A stretch of 64,000 nt of DNA, taken from NCBI GenBank assembly GCA_949288955.1, contig CASEMS010000010.1:33696-97695 (forward strand), written 5' to 3'. Every line of letters begins with the position of its first letter. Position 1 is the first letter of the stretch. The position numbers and the translations under genes were made by a program. Positions 53,801 to 63,522 of the stretch are shown here, piece by piece. Below the pieces are notes generated by a model, which saw only the letters and a list, made by a program, of their open reading frames with translations, searched no databases and had not been told where the DNA came from. This DNA is from an uncultured Lentisphaeraceae bacterium. GTDB taxonomy: Bacteria > Verrucomicrobiota > Kiritimatiellia > RFP12 > DVOR01.

Positions 53801-56800
53801 GGCGCGATGGGGCGCGTGGAGAGCCACTCATTCCCGCAGTTGAAGAAGAAGACCGCGTTGTCGCGCAGGGTGATGGTGGCATCCGCGTCCGAGAGCGAGC
53901 CCATCGGCGCCGAGACCTCGACCCGCGTGCCGCCCTCCGCAATCAGATTCGGGATGGACCCATAGATCGTCCCCCAATCCTCGGCGCTCGGGAAGCGGAA
54001 GATGCCCTCACGAACGTGGATGGAAGGCGTGACCGCGATGCCCTTATCCAGCGTCAGCGTGCCGGAGCCGGTCTTGACGAGCGTGCCGGAGCCGGAGAGC
54101 GCGGGCAACGCGACGGAGCCGGAGACGTCGTAGGTCAGCGTGCCCGCGATCTCGCCACCGGAAGGAAGCGTGAGCGTGTCGGGAGAGGCGGCCAACGCGC
54201 CCTCGACCGTCAGCGCCTGCGGCGCCAAGGTGGCATCGCCCGCCAAGGTGAGGGTGTGCTCGGAGGGCTTGACCGCGAGCGAGGCCACCTGCGTGACGGT
54301 GGGGTCGGTGCGCAGGGTCGCGCCCTCGGCGCCCGCCGTGACCTCGACCACGCGCTCGGCGACCGGCAGATAGGGCCACTGCGCCGCATCGACGGGCGCA
54401 CCGGCGGTGTCCGCCCAGCCGGCCTCCATCCACGTGGCCTCGCCGGAGACGGTGGCAGAGAAGGGCTCCGTCAACGCGGGCACCAGCCAATAGGTGCCGT
54501 CCACGTGGCGCACCTCGTAGCCCTCGGGCGCGACAAAGGCAATCCCAGCCTGCGCGGCATGGAGCACGGGCAGGAAGGTCTCGCCCTCCACCTCCACGCG
54601 CAACGCCACCGTGCCGGCGGCCTCACCCGTGACGGTGGGCACGGAGACGCCGTCGACCACGAGCGCGCTGCCCTCGTAGAAGCGGACGTCGCCCAGCACA
54701 AGGCCCTGGCCGGCAAGCGTGCCGAGGACGTCCAGCCGCCCCGGCTCGGGGATGCCAAGCACGAAGGGCCCGTCCGAAGGCTCGGCCGAGACGGGGAGGG
54801 TCTCCCCCAGCCACGCGCTGGGCGTCCACGCCAGGGCGGTCTCGTTGTCGAAGTCCTGGGTATCAAGGGGCTCCCAGTCCGCGCCGTCGTCGCTCATCTC
54901 CAGCGTCCAGACGCGGGGGTTGCGACCGTTCTGGTCAGCCACCGCCAGGGCGTAACCGTCAAAGGCGAACGAGCGGCCCGCGCCCGCGTCGAGGGTCAGC
55001 GTGCAGGCGGAGAAGGTATCCGTCGACCAGAGCCACTTGGTGCCGAGGTCGCCGTCCAGGAGATCCTCCGCGCGGTGGGGGCCGTTCGTCTGCGCCTGGC
55101 TGGCCGTGATGGTGGCGCCCGCGGGCCACGGGAGGCGCACGCCGCCCAAGGTCAGCGCGAGGTCGGCAAGGGCGACGCCATCGTTGTGCTCGCCGCCGGT
55201 GGTGCGGTCGGTGATGGAGAGGCGCAGGTAGCGGGCCCGGACGGCCTTCCCCGTGCCCAACGTCAGCGTGGCGTCCGGCTCGACGGTGACGGACTCGGCC
55301 GTCAGCGCACCCGCGCCGGAGAGGGCATAGTCGCCCAAGACGTCCACCCACCCGGCGGAGACGACCTCGGGGAGCGTAACGGGCTCGCTGGCCTCATTCG
55401 CGCCGAAGCGGACATCCGCGCCCGCGGCGAAGCCCGCAAAGCCCGCGGCCCAGTCGGTGCCCTCGGCGGGCGTGGCCCACGCCAGACTGGTGGGCGCGCC
55501 ATACTCCACGCGCCCGCCGACCAAGCGGAACGCCCACCCCTCCTGCGGGTTGGTGACCTCGAAGAGCTCAGAGAAGTCCATTGGGGTGCCCTCATAGCGC
55601 CCGAGCGTTACGACGCCCGCCGCGATCTCGTCCTCCGTCAGCGTTACCTGCGCGGTGGCGCCCTCCACCTCCTGCGAGACGATGGCGTTGGGGAGGCGGC
55701 GGTCGCCCAGCACCACATCGCCCCGGAGCGTCAGGCGATTGAAGGAATCGATCGTGGCACCGGAGAGGTCGACGGCCCGCTCCCCGCCGTCGATGACGAG
55801 CGCGGAGTCGCCGACGGTGGCGCCGCGCTCGCAGGGGATGAGGTTGCCCGTGAAGATGCCGGCCCGGAGCACCAGCGAGGCCGTGCCCGTAACGTGCGCG
55901 GTGCCGCCGCTGCCGCCCGCGCAGAGAATCTTGCTGCCGAAGGTAACGTTGGGCGCGTCCACCACCACGGTGGAGTCCCCATTGACGGTATAGTTGCCCG
56001 TCGTGTTGTCCGCCACGCGCGAGGCGCCCAACACGTGCTTGCCGAAGGAGCCGGAAGCCTCGGGGATCTCGATCTCCACGCGCGTGTCGCCGTTGACGAC
56101 GTAGCCGGACCCCACATTGCCGGACGCACCGGGCAGCGCGCCGCCGACGATGTCGGGGCGGCCCACGATGCCGTCGCCATCCGTGTTGGCGGTCATGAGG
56201 GAGCGGATGCGCACGGTGGCGTCGCCGTTGTGCTGCACCGTGAAACGGTGCTGGGAGGTGCCGCCGCCCACGACGGCGCCGGAGACCTGCGCGCCGTCTG
56301 CGATCGTAACCAGCGAGTCGCCCGTGAAGGGAAACGCGCCACTGTTCGAACCGTTGCCGCCAGCGGCGATGGCGCCGATGACGTTCTTGGCGCGGGTGGA
56401 AGAGCCCGTGACCTCCGTCAGCAGATTGCCTTTGATGGTATTGGCGCGGGAGCTCGTCCAGTTGTTTTCCTTGCCGCCGACGATGGTGCCGTAGGTGCCG
56501 CCGGAGACCTTCAGCCACACATCGCGCTCCAAGGTGCTCCTGTCGCCCTGCCCATTGCCGGTGATGCCATAAATACTCGGCGTGCCTGAACTGCCGACGA
56601 TCTCCGCCACATTGGCCGCGCGGCCGCCCAACGTCTGCCGCGCCTCGACGAGCAAGTCCAACTCAAGCGTGCCGTCTGCGGTGCGGTTAAGGCCATGGGT
56701 CGGGACCTCGCCCCACCCCTCCGGCACATCCTCGAAGGCAATCGCCAATTGGTTGTTCCATTCCCGAGACAGGCGCGTGCGCTCCTCCTGGGTCAACTGG

Positions 56801-57531
56801 CGCTTCCAGACACCAAGCGTGTCGATGGCGCCATTGCCCTTCTGCTCCCAACGCAGACCGACGCCGCCATCATCCGTCTCGCCGTGACGCCACCCCCACT
56901 GAAAGGGCAGGTTGATGACGTCCGTCAGGCTGGAGGCAGAGGCAGTGGCGGAGGCGACAGGCTCCGCGCCGTCCGCCGCATAGAGCTTCAGGTTCCCGCT
57001 GGCGGCGGAGGCGTCATAGGTGATGAAATAGGTGTAATACGCGGTGTCGCTGGAAATCGGCGGCTGATAGCTCATCCTCTCATAGTCGCCATCCGCCGTG
57101 ACGGCGAACTTGCCAACGGCGTTGCCGCGGCGGAGCGCCAAGCCGCCATTGGTCGCCTTGGAGCCGAACGCGAAGAGCAACCCATCCGTCTGCGTGCCCA
57201 ATTTGGCGCGGATTGCGATGGTGAAGCACGGCTCATCCTGCGCCAAGACCTTCTGCCCCTCCTCTGGCGTCAAACCGTTATAGTTGGCGATGTCCAACGC
57301 GCGGGAGGCTCCCGAGACCGTGATGAAGGCCGGATCCCCGCCCTCGGTGGTGTTCCATGAGCCCGTGCCCTTCTCGGGGGCCAACCCCAAATCCGGGTTG
57401 TCGAAGGTGCTATAGTAGGAGACATCCTGCCAAATGGGGTCGTCGTCCGGGATGGCGGCAATGCCCCCCCCTGTAAAACAGACCGCCACGGCGGCCGCCA
57501 GCCACGGCCCCAATCTGCGTGAAGCACTCAT
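50854..57531 (-). CDS. Giant secreted beta-helix/adhesin-like protein (2225 aa) with an internal ~750-aa duplication, each copy carrying an F5/8 type C (discoidin)-like carbohydrate-binding module
   Basis: An SD AAGGAGAAA precedes MSASRRLGPWLAAAVAVCFTGGGIAAIP (signal peptide). The protein is rich in G/T/A/V beta-solenoid-like repeats. The duplicated blocks contain LLDGDLGTKWLWSTD...NPRVWTLEMSDDGADWEPL and LIDGDLGTKWFWETGD...NPRTWTVEVSADGSLWTPV (discoidin DG..TKW signature). Native high GC. Confidence 0.7.
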   Translation of the reverse strand: MSASRRLGPWLAAAVAVCFTGGGIAAIPDDDPIWQDVSYYSTFDNPDLGLAPEKGTGSWNTTEGGDPAFITVSGASRALDIANYNGLTPEEGQKVLAQDEPCFTIAIRAKLGTQTDGLLFAFGSKATNGGLALRRGNAVGKFAVTADGDYERMSYQPPISSDTAYYTYFITYDASAASGNLKLYAADGAEPVASATASASSLTDVINLPFQWGWRHGETDDGGVGLRWEQKGNGAIDTLGVWKRQLTQEERTRLSREWNNQLAIAFEDVPEGWGEVPTHGLNRTADGTLELDLLVEARQTLGGRAANVAEIVGSSGTPSIYGITGNGQGDRSTLERDVWLKVSGGTYGTIVGGKENNWTSSRANTIKGNLLTEVTGSSTRAKNVIGAIAAGGNGSNSGAFPFTGDSLVTIADGAQVSGAVVGGGTSQHRFTVQHNGDATVRIRSLMTANTDGDGIVGRPDIVGGALPGASGNVGSGYVVNGDTRVEIEIPEASGSFGKHVLGASRVADNTTGNYTVNGDSTVVVDAPNVTFGSKILCAGGSGGTAHVTGTASLVLRAGIFTGNLIPCERGATVGDSALVIDGGERAVDLSGATIDSFNRLTLRGDVVLGDRRLPNAIVSQEVEGATAQVTLTEDEIAAGVVTLGRYEGTPMDFSELFEVTNPQEGWAFRLVGGRVEYGAPTSLAWATPAEGTDWAAGFAGFAAGADVRFGANEASEPVTLPEVVSAGWVDVLGDYALSGAGALTAESVTVEPDATLTLGTGKAVRARYLRLSITDRTTGGEHNDGVALADLALTLGGVRLPWPAGATITASQAQTNGPHRAEDLLDGDLGTKWLWSTDTFSACTLTLDAGAGRSFAFDGYALAVADQNGRNPRVWTLEMSDDGADWEPLDTQDFDNETALAWTPSAWLGETLPVSAEPSDGPFVLGIPEPGRLDVLGTLAGQGLVLGDVRFYEGSALVVDGVSVPTVTGEAAGTVALRVEVEGETFLPVLHAAQAGIAFVAPEGYEVRHVDGTYWLVPALTEPFSATVSGEATWMEAGWADTAGAPVDAAQWPYLPVAERVVEVTAGAEGATLRTDPTVTQVASLAVKPSEHTLTLAGDATLAPQALTVEGALAASPDTLTLPSGGEIAGTLTYDVSGSVALPALSGSGTLVKTGSGTLTLDKGIAVTPSIHVREGIFRFPSAEDWGTIYGSIPNLIAEGGTRVEVSAPMGSLSDADATITLRDNAVFFFNCGNEWLSTRPIAPTFLIENDGSVEKAAHIRGVHNGRAVDFTGAIRGRGLLIFDEDSGEESNSYDLRCAITEEGGTLKVRYADTNSTIYNLHAASYSGGTEVASRVDVRDPEVFGTGPVTIEAGGSLIIDTSANAENVLNVHAAYGNAGAVSGTVNLCEGASLTVGTAVFDKVTVAEGVVVPVAGLPAVPYDVQVIAWSEGPETAECFAVEGLPEDCTLVVEADGLWVRAREVADVEWATPDAGGAWAEGLPGFRPVDNAIFGANTATQVPVAIAEDTTAAAVTVAGDYAFTGTGTLTADTLTVEGSLTLPLGTPQSVRYVRFVPTARVTADVPNNKGIAIAEFQLLRDGAPVPWPEGTECVASQAQAYVSHRDDHLIDGDLGTKWFWETGDTAFDDCTLTIDVGEGNTVSFNGYRLAMADQIGRNPRTWTVEVSADGSLWTPVDAQDFTSEEAITWPTNAWMTQVFGAPAPLTVTVESGMAVSGTLAGGGRIVGDVDFAEGSTLKVLPGTVLTIEGGVSGTCALDLSALDIPDETTRVAVLHAPKGLTPTAPEGFVAIYQDGTYYAVRQAAVGGAWTATLTADVDWNAAPWIDAVGRPIDPAILETMSVDAWQSIDVALTAEADVTLSALPYWVKSLTVVASEHTLTLGTLSESNPEPRFIPLALTVNGPLVASTANLALMDGSAVTLNADFTYEVPEGGIFNLPNGISGTGRLIKTGSGTLSISGITMRAGLRVEAGTLAGVGAIEGTLELADGVALDCFAAGQKTATTVAIDEGAALTIANLPELTAERQLLAWESGPETADAFAGAPEGWVFAVREGGLWVIPEPSGPVLPTIAEGDEEGGVVFDANAVAVLSAAAERAGLPEVTAISGTANGKAMTTAAINEALACLTGAGLVTVDGTALRVAYDLKVTAIERNDYGASVSIALSAPNGAVSFAVGSTVTLVAVDLADGSETTLPTKKPVYESGESIVEIMALSTEPTFLFKVRVIPPAQ

Positions 57532-57642
57532 CGTCGTTTCTCCTTTCGATAAGGTGGCACACCTTGTGCGACTCTGAAAGCAGTATAACATCCCCCACCA
57601 CCTATTGCAAGCGCCCCCGAAAAGGGCGCCCCCGCCGCCCCC

Positions 57643-57740
57643 TCCCGACGGCTCGGCCGCCGACGCAAGGTGGATCGGCCGCCGACGCAAGGTGGATCAG
57701 CCGCCGAGCCGAGGTGGATCAGCCGCCGAGCCGGGGAGGG
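57643..57740. repeat. 22-bp REP-like tandem family, locus 7 (4 units)
   Basis: cgccgacgcaaggtggatcggccgccgacgcaaggtggatcagccgccgagccgaggtggatcagccgccgagcc. Confidence 0.75.
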
Positions 57741-58024
57741 CTGGCCGCCGACGCTTCTTTTCCGCGAGGACGCGAGGGTGCGCGAAGGACGGCGGGCTAA
57801 CGCCGGGCGAAAGCGGCGGGGGCGTCCCGCCCCCTGGTTTCGCCCTCCCGCCCGCCGCCTTCGCACCGCAAGGGGGGTGGCAATCCCCCCGCAGAAGCCG
57901 GGGCGCTCGGCGCGGGAGGGCACGGATGTGCCCGGCGTTAGCGCCGACGCGTCCCGGCGCACCCGCGTCTTCGCGAAAACTCCCCCGCCATGCCAACGCC
58001 TTTGGGCAGCGCGGGAGGCGAGGG

Positions 58025-58160
58025 CGGTAGGGAGCGGTCAGCGGGCGTCAGCCCGCAGAGCGACCGGCGGAGCCCGCAAGCCCTCCCGCGCAACCTTGCG
58101 TCTTCGCTTGCGCGTGCGCGGCCAAGCCTCCAAGCCTCCAAGCCTCCAAACTTCCAAACA
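58025..58160 (-). repeat. ~95-bp element copy C (reverse orientation) followed by a partial copy of the CRISPR-like repeat and octamer array copy 5
   Basis: gcggtagggagcggtcagcgggcgtcagcccgcagagcgaccggcggagcccgcaagccctcccgcgcaaccttgcgtcttcgcttgcg, then cttgcgcgtgcgcggccaagcctccaagcctccaagcctccaaacttccaaac. The reverse complement of 58108-58125 gives GGAGGCTTGGCCGCGCACGCGCAAG. Confidence 0.7.
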
Positions 58161-58170
58161 CCCGAACCTC

Positions 58171-58181
58171 TGTGGTATACT
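58171..58181 (+). promoter_or_regulatory. Extended -10 promoter (TGTGGTATACT) for aspS; here with a ~30-nt leader and SD
   Basis: cTGtggTATACTgtcgcgcgttcatcgagacaacgaggctttgtATG. Confidence 0.4.
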
Positions 58182-58213
58182 GTCGCGCGTTCATCGAGAC
58201 AACGAGGCTTTGT

Positions 58214-60001
58214 ATGCATCCTTATCGCACGCACACCTGCAACGAACTCCGCGCCGCCGACGCCGGCAAGACGGCCCGCCTCTCCGGGTGGGTCTTCCGC
58301 AAACGCGACCACGGCGGCATCCTCTTCATCGACCTGCGCGACCATTACGGGCTGACGCAGGTGGTGGTCCACCCCAGCCGCGCCTTCTTCGCCGACGTGG
58401 AGAAGGTGAAGCTTGAGAGCGTCCTGACCTTCACCGGGCAGGTGGTGCTCCGGGAGCCTTCGACGGTGAACCCGGATCTGCCGACGGGCGAGGTGGAGCT
58501 GGTGGCGGATGCGTGCCTCATCGAGTCGCCCTCGGAGACGACCCCGCTCTACATCCCCGACGAGACCGACCCGGCGGAGGATATGCGCCTGACCTACCGC
58601 TACCTCGACCTCCGCCGCGAGCGGGTGCACAAGAACATCGTGCTGCGCTCCCGGCTGATCAGCTTCCTGCGCAAGCAGATGGAGGCGCACGGCTTCAACG
58701 AGTATCAGACGCCGATCCTCACCTGCTCCAGCCCCGAGGGCGCGCGCGACTACCTGGTGCCCTCCCGCGTCCACCACGGCAAGTTCTACGCCCTGCCGCA
58801 GGCGCCGCAGCTCTTCAAGCAACTGCTGATGGTGGCGGGCTTCGACCGCTATTTCCAGATCGCCCCGTGCTTCCGCGACGAGGATTCGCGCGCGGACCGC
58901 TCGCCGGGCGAGTTCTACCAGCTGGACATCGAGATGTCCTACGCCACGCAGGACGACGTCTTCGCCGTGGTCGAGGACGTGCTCTCCAAGGCCTTCGCCG
59001 CGTTCGCGCCCGAGGGCTGGCAGATCGACCAGGCGCCCTGGCGGCGCATCCCCTACCGCGAGGCGATGCTCACCTACGGCTCCGACAAGCCCGACCTGCG
59101 CAACCCGCTGAAGATCATCGACGTGACGGATCTCTTCGCGGCGAGCGGCTTCGGCGCCTTCGCCAAGGCCGTCGCCGGCGGGGCCATCGTCCGCGCGCTG
59201 CCCGTGCCGCAGATCAAGTCCAAGCCCCGCAGCTTCTTCGACAAGCTGGAGCCGTGGGCCAAGCAGGAGCTCGGCGCCAAGGGCCTGGCCTACCTCGTCT
59301 GGGACACCGACAAGATCAAGGGCCCCATCGCCAAGTTCCTCAAGCCCGAGGAGCTCGACGCCCTGGCCCGGCGCGGCGGCCTCAAGGACGGCGACGCGAT
59401 CTTCTTCATCTGCGACACGCCCGAGAAGACCCCCGCCATGATGGGCGCCCTGCGCAAGAAGATGGGCCAGGATCTCGGCCTCATCGAGCAGAACGCCTAC
59501 CGTTTCTGCTGGATCACCGACTTCCCCTTCTACGAGAAGGACCCCGAGACCGGGGCGACCATCTTCTCGCACAACCCCTTCTCCATGCCCCAGGGCGGCC
59601 TGGAGGCCCTCAACACCAAGGACCCGCTGGACATCCTGGCCTATCAGTACGACGTGGTCTGCAACGGCATCGAGCTCTCCTCCGGCGCCGTCCGCAACCA
59701 CCGGCCCGACATCATGTACCGCGCCTTCGAGATCGCCGGCTACGGCCCCGAGGTGGTGGAGCAGAAGTTCTCCTGCCTGCTCAACGCCTTCAAGTATGGC
59801 GCGCCGCCGCACGCCGGCGTCGCCCCGGGCGTCGACCGCATGGTCATGCTCCTGGCCGGCGAGGAGAACATCCGCGAGGTCATCGCCTTCCCCATGAACC
59901 AAAAGGCCGAGGACCTCATGATGCACGCCCCCGGCGAGGTCACCGAGAAGCAGCTCCGCGAGCTCCACATCACCATCCGCCCCCGCAACGTGGTGAAGTA
60001 A
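58214..60001 (+). CDS. aspS: Aspartyl-tRNA synthetase (bacterial type, 595 aa)
   Basis: Class II motifs [19 protein letters not shown] (motif 2) and GGLEAL...[13 protein letters not shown] (motif 3), plus an N-terminal OB-fold anticodon-binding domain. Confidence 0.95.
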   Translation: MHPYRTHTCNELRAADAGKTARLSGWVFRKRDHGGILFIDLRDHYGLTQVVVHPSRAFFADVEKVKLESVLTFTGQVVLREPSTVNPDLPTGEVELVADACLIESPSETTPLYIPDETDPAEDMRLTYRYLDLRRERVHKNIVLRSRLISFLRKQMEAHGFNEYQTPILTCSSPEGARDYLVPSRVHHGKFYALPQAPQLFKQLLMVAGFDRYFQIAPCFRDEDSRADRSPGEFYQLDIEMSYATQDDVFAVVEDVLSKAFAAFAPEGWQIDQAPWRRIPYREAMLTYGSDKPDLRNPLKIIDVTDLFAASGFGAFAKAVAGGAIVRALPVPQIKSKPRSFFDKLEPWAKQELGAKGLAYLVWDTDKIKGPIAKFLKPEELDALARRGGLKDGDAIFFICDTPEKTPAMMGALRKKMGQDLGLIEQNAYRFCWITDFPFYEKDPETGATIFSHNPFSMPQGGLEALNTKDPLDILAYQYDVVCNGIELSSGAVRNHRPDIMYRAFEIAGYGPEVVEQKFSCLLNAFKYGAPPHAGVAPGVDRMVMLLAGEENIREVIAFPMNQKAEDLMMHAPGEVTEKQLRELHITIRPRNVVK

Positions 60002-60012
60002 GCCGCAGGGGA

Positions 60013-60056
60013 CAAAAAAAAAGCCCCCGCCCGAGGATTCGGGCGGGGGCTTTTCT
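60013..60056. terminator. Bidirectional rho-independent terminator (aspS / asmA-like convergent pair)
   Basis: caaaaaaaaaGCCCCCGCCCGAGGATTCGGGCGGGGGCttttc. Confidence 0.8.
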
Positions 60057-61978
60057 CATTCGCCGTCGGACGGCGCGGAATCGCCGCCGAGGGCCTTCTC
60101 CCACCAGCGGCCAAGGACGGTGGAGAGGCTCCACGTGGGCGCGGCCAGCGGGCCGGCGACCTTGACGCGCCAGAGGAAGCGGTTGACGGGGACGGTGACC
60201 CAGCGCGTGAGCGTGCCCATCAGGGTGCCGCGGCGGAAGTTGCCGGCGATGACCTCGGCGGAGAGGGCGTCGTTGGGGAGGTCGTAGGTGGCGGGGCCCT
60301 CGATGGCCAGGAGGTCGCCATCGAGCGAGAAGTCGGGGATGGCGAAGATGCCGTGGTCGGCGGTGCCCACCAGGCGGGCGGTGGAGGAATCGGTGACCGC
60401 GGAGACGCCGGGGACGTGCTCGGCCAAGAGGTCGGTGAGGCCCGCGAAGAGGGGCAGGCGGCGAATCAGCCCGCCATCGACGGTGAGGTCGTATTCCGCC
60501 TGGAGGGTGGAGGGGAAGTCGGGGCCGAGGCGTCCGCGGAGATCCACGAAGCCGGTGGCGAAGCAGTTGGTGAGCGTCTCGCTGCCCAAGGGGGCCAGCA
60601 GGTCGGCGAGGGAGGCCTCGCGCAGGCGCAGGGCGGCGGAGAGCTCGGCGTGGGGTGCGCGGTCGGGGATGTCGAAGGCGAGCGCGCCGGAGACCGCGCC
60701 GCCGTGGGGGAGGGCAAGGGCCACGTCGCGCAGGGCGAAGACGCCGTTGGTCATGGCGAAGCGGGCCGAGGCGGAGGCGGTGGGGAGCCCCTCGATGAGG
60801 GCGCCGCCGGGGGCGCTGGCCTCGCCTTCGAGGACGACCTGGGAGGGGAGCGTCTCGTCGCCGGAGAGCGGGATGTGGCCCGCGACGGTGACGGAGGGGA
60901 AGCCGGGGCAGACGATGGAAGGAAGATCGGCGGCGAGCTCGCCGTCGATGATGCCCAGGCACTCGGCGGGGGTGAGGCCGGTGGCGCGGGCGCGGAAGGA
61001 GAGGCGGTCGGCGGGATAGTCCAGGCGCAGGTCGGCGGTGGCGGCGACCTTGCCGCCGCGGCGGATGACGACGGGGCCGATCTCGGCGACGGTGTCCCAG
61101 ATGCTCCGGCAGCGGATGGTGGTCTGGGCCTCGTCGAAGGGGATGCCGCGGTAGGTGCCGCCCTCCGTGGAGACGAGGTCGAGCCGGAGATCGAGGAGGT
61201 CACGCGCCAGGTCGAAGCCGACGGTGAAGGCGCAGTCGCCCCACGCCGGGCCGGCGAGGGCGAAATGGTCGCAGTACCGGCCGATGACGGGGCAGTTGAT
61301 GGCGCGCCAGAGGCCGTCGAGGCGGGTCTGGATGAGGAAGCCCCGGATGGAGGCGGAGGCCTTGGCGTCGTGGATGTCGATGGTCACGTCGGCCTCGACG
61401 CGCTGGTCGCCGGAGCCATCCACGTCGGCCACCAGGTTGCGGAAACGGAGGGCGCCGTTCCCCGCGTCGAGCGTGCCGGTGAGGGTGCGGGCGCGGATCT
61501 CCACGATGTCGGGGTCGGCGAGGCGCAGGCGCACGCCCCGGAGGGTCGGCACCGGCACGCCCGAAAGGTCGGGGAAGGGCTCGCCGCCCTCCCCGCCGCC
61601 GCCCTCCCCCTCGGGGCCGTAGTCGATCTGCGCCACGTGGAGGCCCTCGATCTCCGCGGAGGTCAGGCGCTCGGCCCACGGCCCGCCGCCGCGGAGGCGC
61701 AGGCCAAAGGCGCCGCGCGCGAACCCGCCTAGCAGCCGGCCGTCTGGCGCGCGGAAGGCCACCCGCTCCAAGACAAGGCCCGCGCCGGGGCGCCACGCCA
61801 CGCGCCCGACGGTGAGGCGCCCCCAGTCGGCGGGGATCGCGGCGTCGAGCGCGCCCTGGAACCAGGCGCCGGGGAGGCCGTAGGCGGCGACGCAGAGGGC
61901 CAGGCCCACCAACAACACCGCCACCCCGGCCAACCACAGGAGGCCGTGGGCGAGGGCGAAGAGGGGGCGCAGGCTCAT
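60056..61978 (-). CDS. AsmA-like large membrane-anchored periplasmic protein (hypothetical)
   Basis: An N-terminal TM segment LWLAGVAVLLVGLALCVAAYG is followed by a ~600-aa soluble region; the architecture resembles AsmA/TamB-like proteins. Tentative. Confidence 0.3.
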   Translation of the reverse strand: MSLRPLFALAHGLLWLAGVAVLLVGLALCVAAYGLPGAWFQGALDAAIPADWGRLTVGRVAWRPGAGLVLERVAFRAPDGRLLGGFARGAFGLRLRGGGPWAERLTSAEIEGLHVAQIDYGPEGEGGGGEGGEPFPDLSGVPVPTLRGVRLRLADPDIVEIRARTLTGTLDAGNGALRFRNLVADVDGSGDQRVEADVTIDIHDAKASASIRGFLIQTRLDGLWRAINCPVIGRYCDHFALAGPAWGDCAFTVGFDLARDLLDLRLDLVSTEGGTYRGIPFDEAQTTIRCRSIWDTVAEIGPVVIRRGGKVAATADLRLDYPADRLSFRARATGLTPAECLGIIDGELAADLPSIVCPGFPSVTVAGHIPLSGDETLPSQVVLEGEASAPGGALIEGLPTASASARFAMTNGVFALRDVALALPHGGAVSGALAFDIPDRAPHAELSAALRLREASLADLLAPLGSETLTNCFATGFVDLRGRLGPDFPSTLQAEYDLTVDGGLIRRLPLFAGLTDLLAEHVPGVSAVTDSSTARLVGTADHGIFAIPDFSLDGDLLAIEGPATYDLPNDALSAEVIAGNFRRGTLMGTLTRWVTVPVNRFLWRVKVAGPLAAPTWSLSTVLGRWWEKALGGDSAPSDGE

Positions 61979-61984
61979 GGCGGG

Positions 61985-62638
61985 TCAGCGCGCGGCCTTG
62001 GGGGGCTTGGGGGGTGCGCGGCGCACGGGCGGGGGCACGGTGCGCGGCTCGGGGGGCAACGCGCCCTCGCCGATGAGGAGGGAGGCCATGGCGGGGGCGT
62101 CGGGCGTGGCGCGGAGGCCCTTGAGGGCGAGCGTCCAGCGCGGCTCCGCGCCCTCGGTGCGGGTGAGGGTGGCCTTGGGGTCCCCGGCGACAACATACCA
62201 ATCGCCCGCCTCGGCCACGAGCGCCACGCGCCCGCCCCATTGCCGCACGGAGCAGGGCGGGAGCGGCGCGTCCCGGATGAGGGCGACGTCGAAGGTGGCC
62301 TCGCGCAGGGGGTGGACGGGGCGCGCGGAGACGGCGAAGGTCTGCATGGGGCGCGGGTTGGCGGCGGTCTGCGGGCGCTGGGAGAGGGTGAGGGTGACGG
62401 CGGCCCAGCCGTTGGTGGGCGCCAGGCCGTCGGCCTCGGCGACCTGGAGGCCGCCGCGCTCGTGGACGCGCAAGGGCGCGGCCTCCCACTTGGCGCGGGT
62501 CATGGCGGCCCAGGTCTGCCCGGAGGCGTGCTCGGTGAGCGTGGGGCGCAGGCAGGCATCGAGGACGGCGGGGGGCAGCTCGGCGCGGAGGGCGCCGGCG
62601 GCGAGGGCGAGGAGGAGGGCGGGGAGGGGGGTGCGCAT
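61985..62638 (-). CDS. Hypothetical secreted protein (217 aa)
   Basis: MRTPLPALLLALAAGALRA is a signal peptide; the start lies 3 nt downstream of the cysE stop on the same strand. Confidence 0.45.
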   Translation of the reverse strand: MRTPLPALLLALAAGALRAELPPAVLDACLRPTLTEHASGQTWAAMTRAKWEAAPLRVHERGGLQVAEADGLAPTNGWAAVTLTLSQRPQTAANPRPMQTFAVSARPVHPLREATFDVALIRDAPLPPCSVRQWGGRVALVAEAGDWYVVAGDPKATLTRTEGAEPRWTLALKGLRATPDAPAMASLLIGEGALPPEPRTVPPPVRRAPPKPPKAAR

Positions 62639-62640
62639 GG

Positions 62641-63522
62641 TCAGCCTTCCTTGTAGAAGATCCGGGAGCCGGGGGGGACGGAGTGGGCCAGCCAGACGTT
62701 GCCGCCGATGACCGAGCCCTTGCCGATGACGGTGTCGCCGCCGAGGATGGTGGCGTTGGCGTAGATGACGACGTCGTCCTCCACGTTGGGGTGGCGCTTG
62801 ATGCCCTTGACGAGGCGGCCCTCGCTGTCCTTCCGGAAGGAGCGCGCGCCGAGGGTGACGCCCTGGTAGAGCTTGACGTGGCGGCCGATGACGCAGGTCT
62901 CGCCGATGACGACGCCGGTGCCGTGGTCGATGAAGAAGCCCCGGCCGATGGTCGCGCCGGGATGGATGTCGATCCCCGTGCGGCTGTGGGCGTACTCGCT
63001 CCAGACGCGGGGGATGAGGTGGACGCCCTCCTCGTAGAGCACGTGGGCGACGCGGTGGGTGGCCACGGCCATGAGCCCGGGATAGGCCATCACGATCTCC
63101 ATGTTCGAGTGGGCCGCGGGGTCGCCCTCGTAGGCGGCCAGCACGTCGTCCTGCAGCAGGGAGCGGATCTCGGGGAGGCGGGCGAAGAGGGTGCGGGTGA
63201 CGGCCTCGGCGCGGGCGCGGGCGTCGAAGCCCTCGGGGCGGGAGCGCTCCAGCACGCGGTAGGCCTCGATGCGGGCGACCTGGTCGGTGAGCGCCTCGGC
63301 GATGGCGCGGAGGCGGGCGCGGACGGCGCCCAGATCCTCGTGGTCGATGGGCTCGTAGGTGAGGCACCCGGGGAAGAGGGCGGAGAGGAGCGCGCGGAGG
63401 GTGGCGACCATCGCGCGGCGGCCGGGGAGATCCGCCCCGCGGCGGGTGTTCATGGCCGGGCAGTTGCGGCAGACGAGGCGGCCGGCCAGACCGTCCACGA
63501 GAGCCTCGGTCTCAGCGTCCAT
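62641..63522 (-). CDS. cysE: Serine O-acetyltransferase CysE
   Basis: An N-terminal SATase helical domain is followed by the LbH domain GIDIHPGATIGRGFFIDHGTGVVIGETCVIGRHVKLYQGVTLG, the canonical CysE sequence. Confidence 0.9.
   Translation of the reverse strand: MDAETEALVDGLAGRLVCRNCPAMNTRRGADLPGRRAMVATLRALLSALFPGCLTYEPIDHEDLGAVRARLRAIAEALTDQVARIEAYRVLERSRPEGFDARARAEAVTRTLFARLPEIRSLLQDDVLAAYEGDPAAHSNMEIVMAYPGLMAVATHRVAHVLYEEGVHLIPRVWSEYAHSRTGIDIHPGATIGRGFFIDHGTGVVIGETCVIGRHVKLYQGVTLGARSFRKDSEGRLVKGIKRHPNVEDDVVIYANATILGGDTVIGKGSVIGGNVWLAHSVPPGSRIFYKEG

Noticed and set aside
50794-56589. 1931-aa plus-strand ORF antisense to the giant adhesin gene
   Set aside because: The minus-strand reading has a signal peptide, SD and recognisable discoidin-like domains. 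The plus-strand translation is Gly/Arg/Asp low-complexity.
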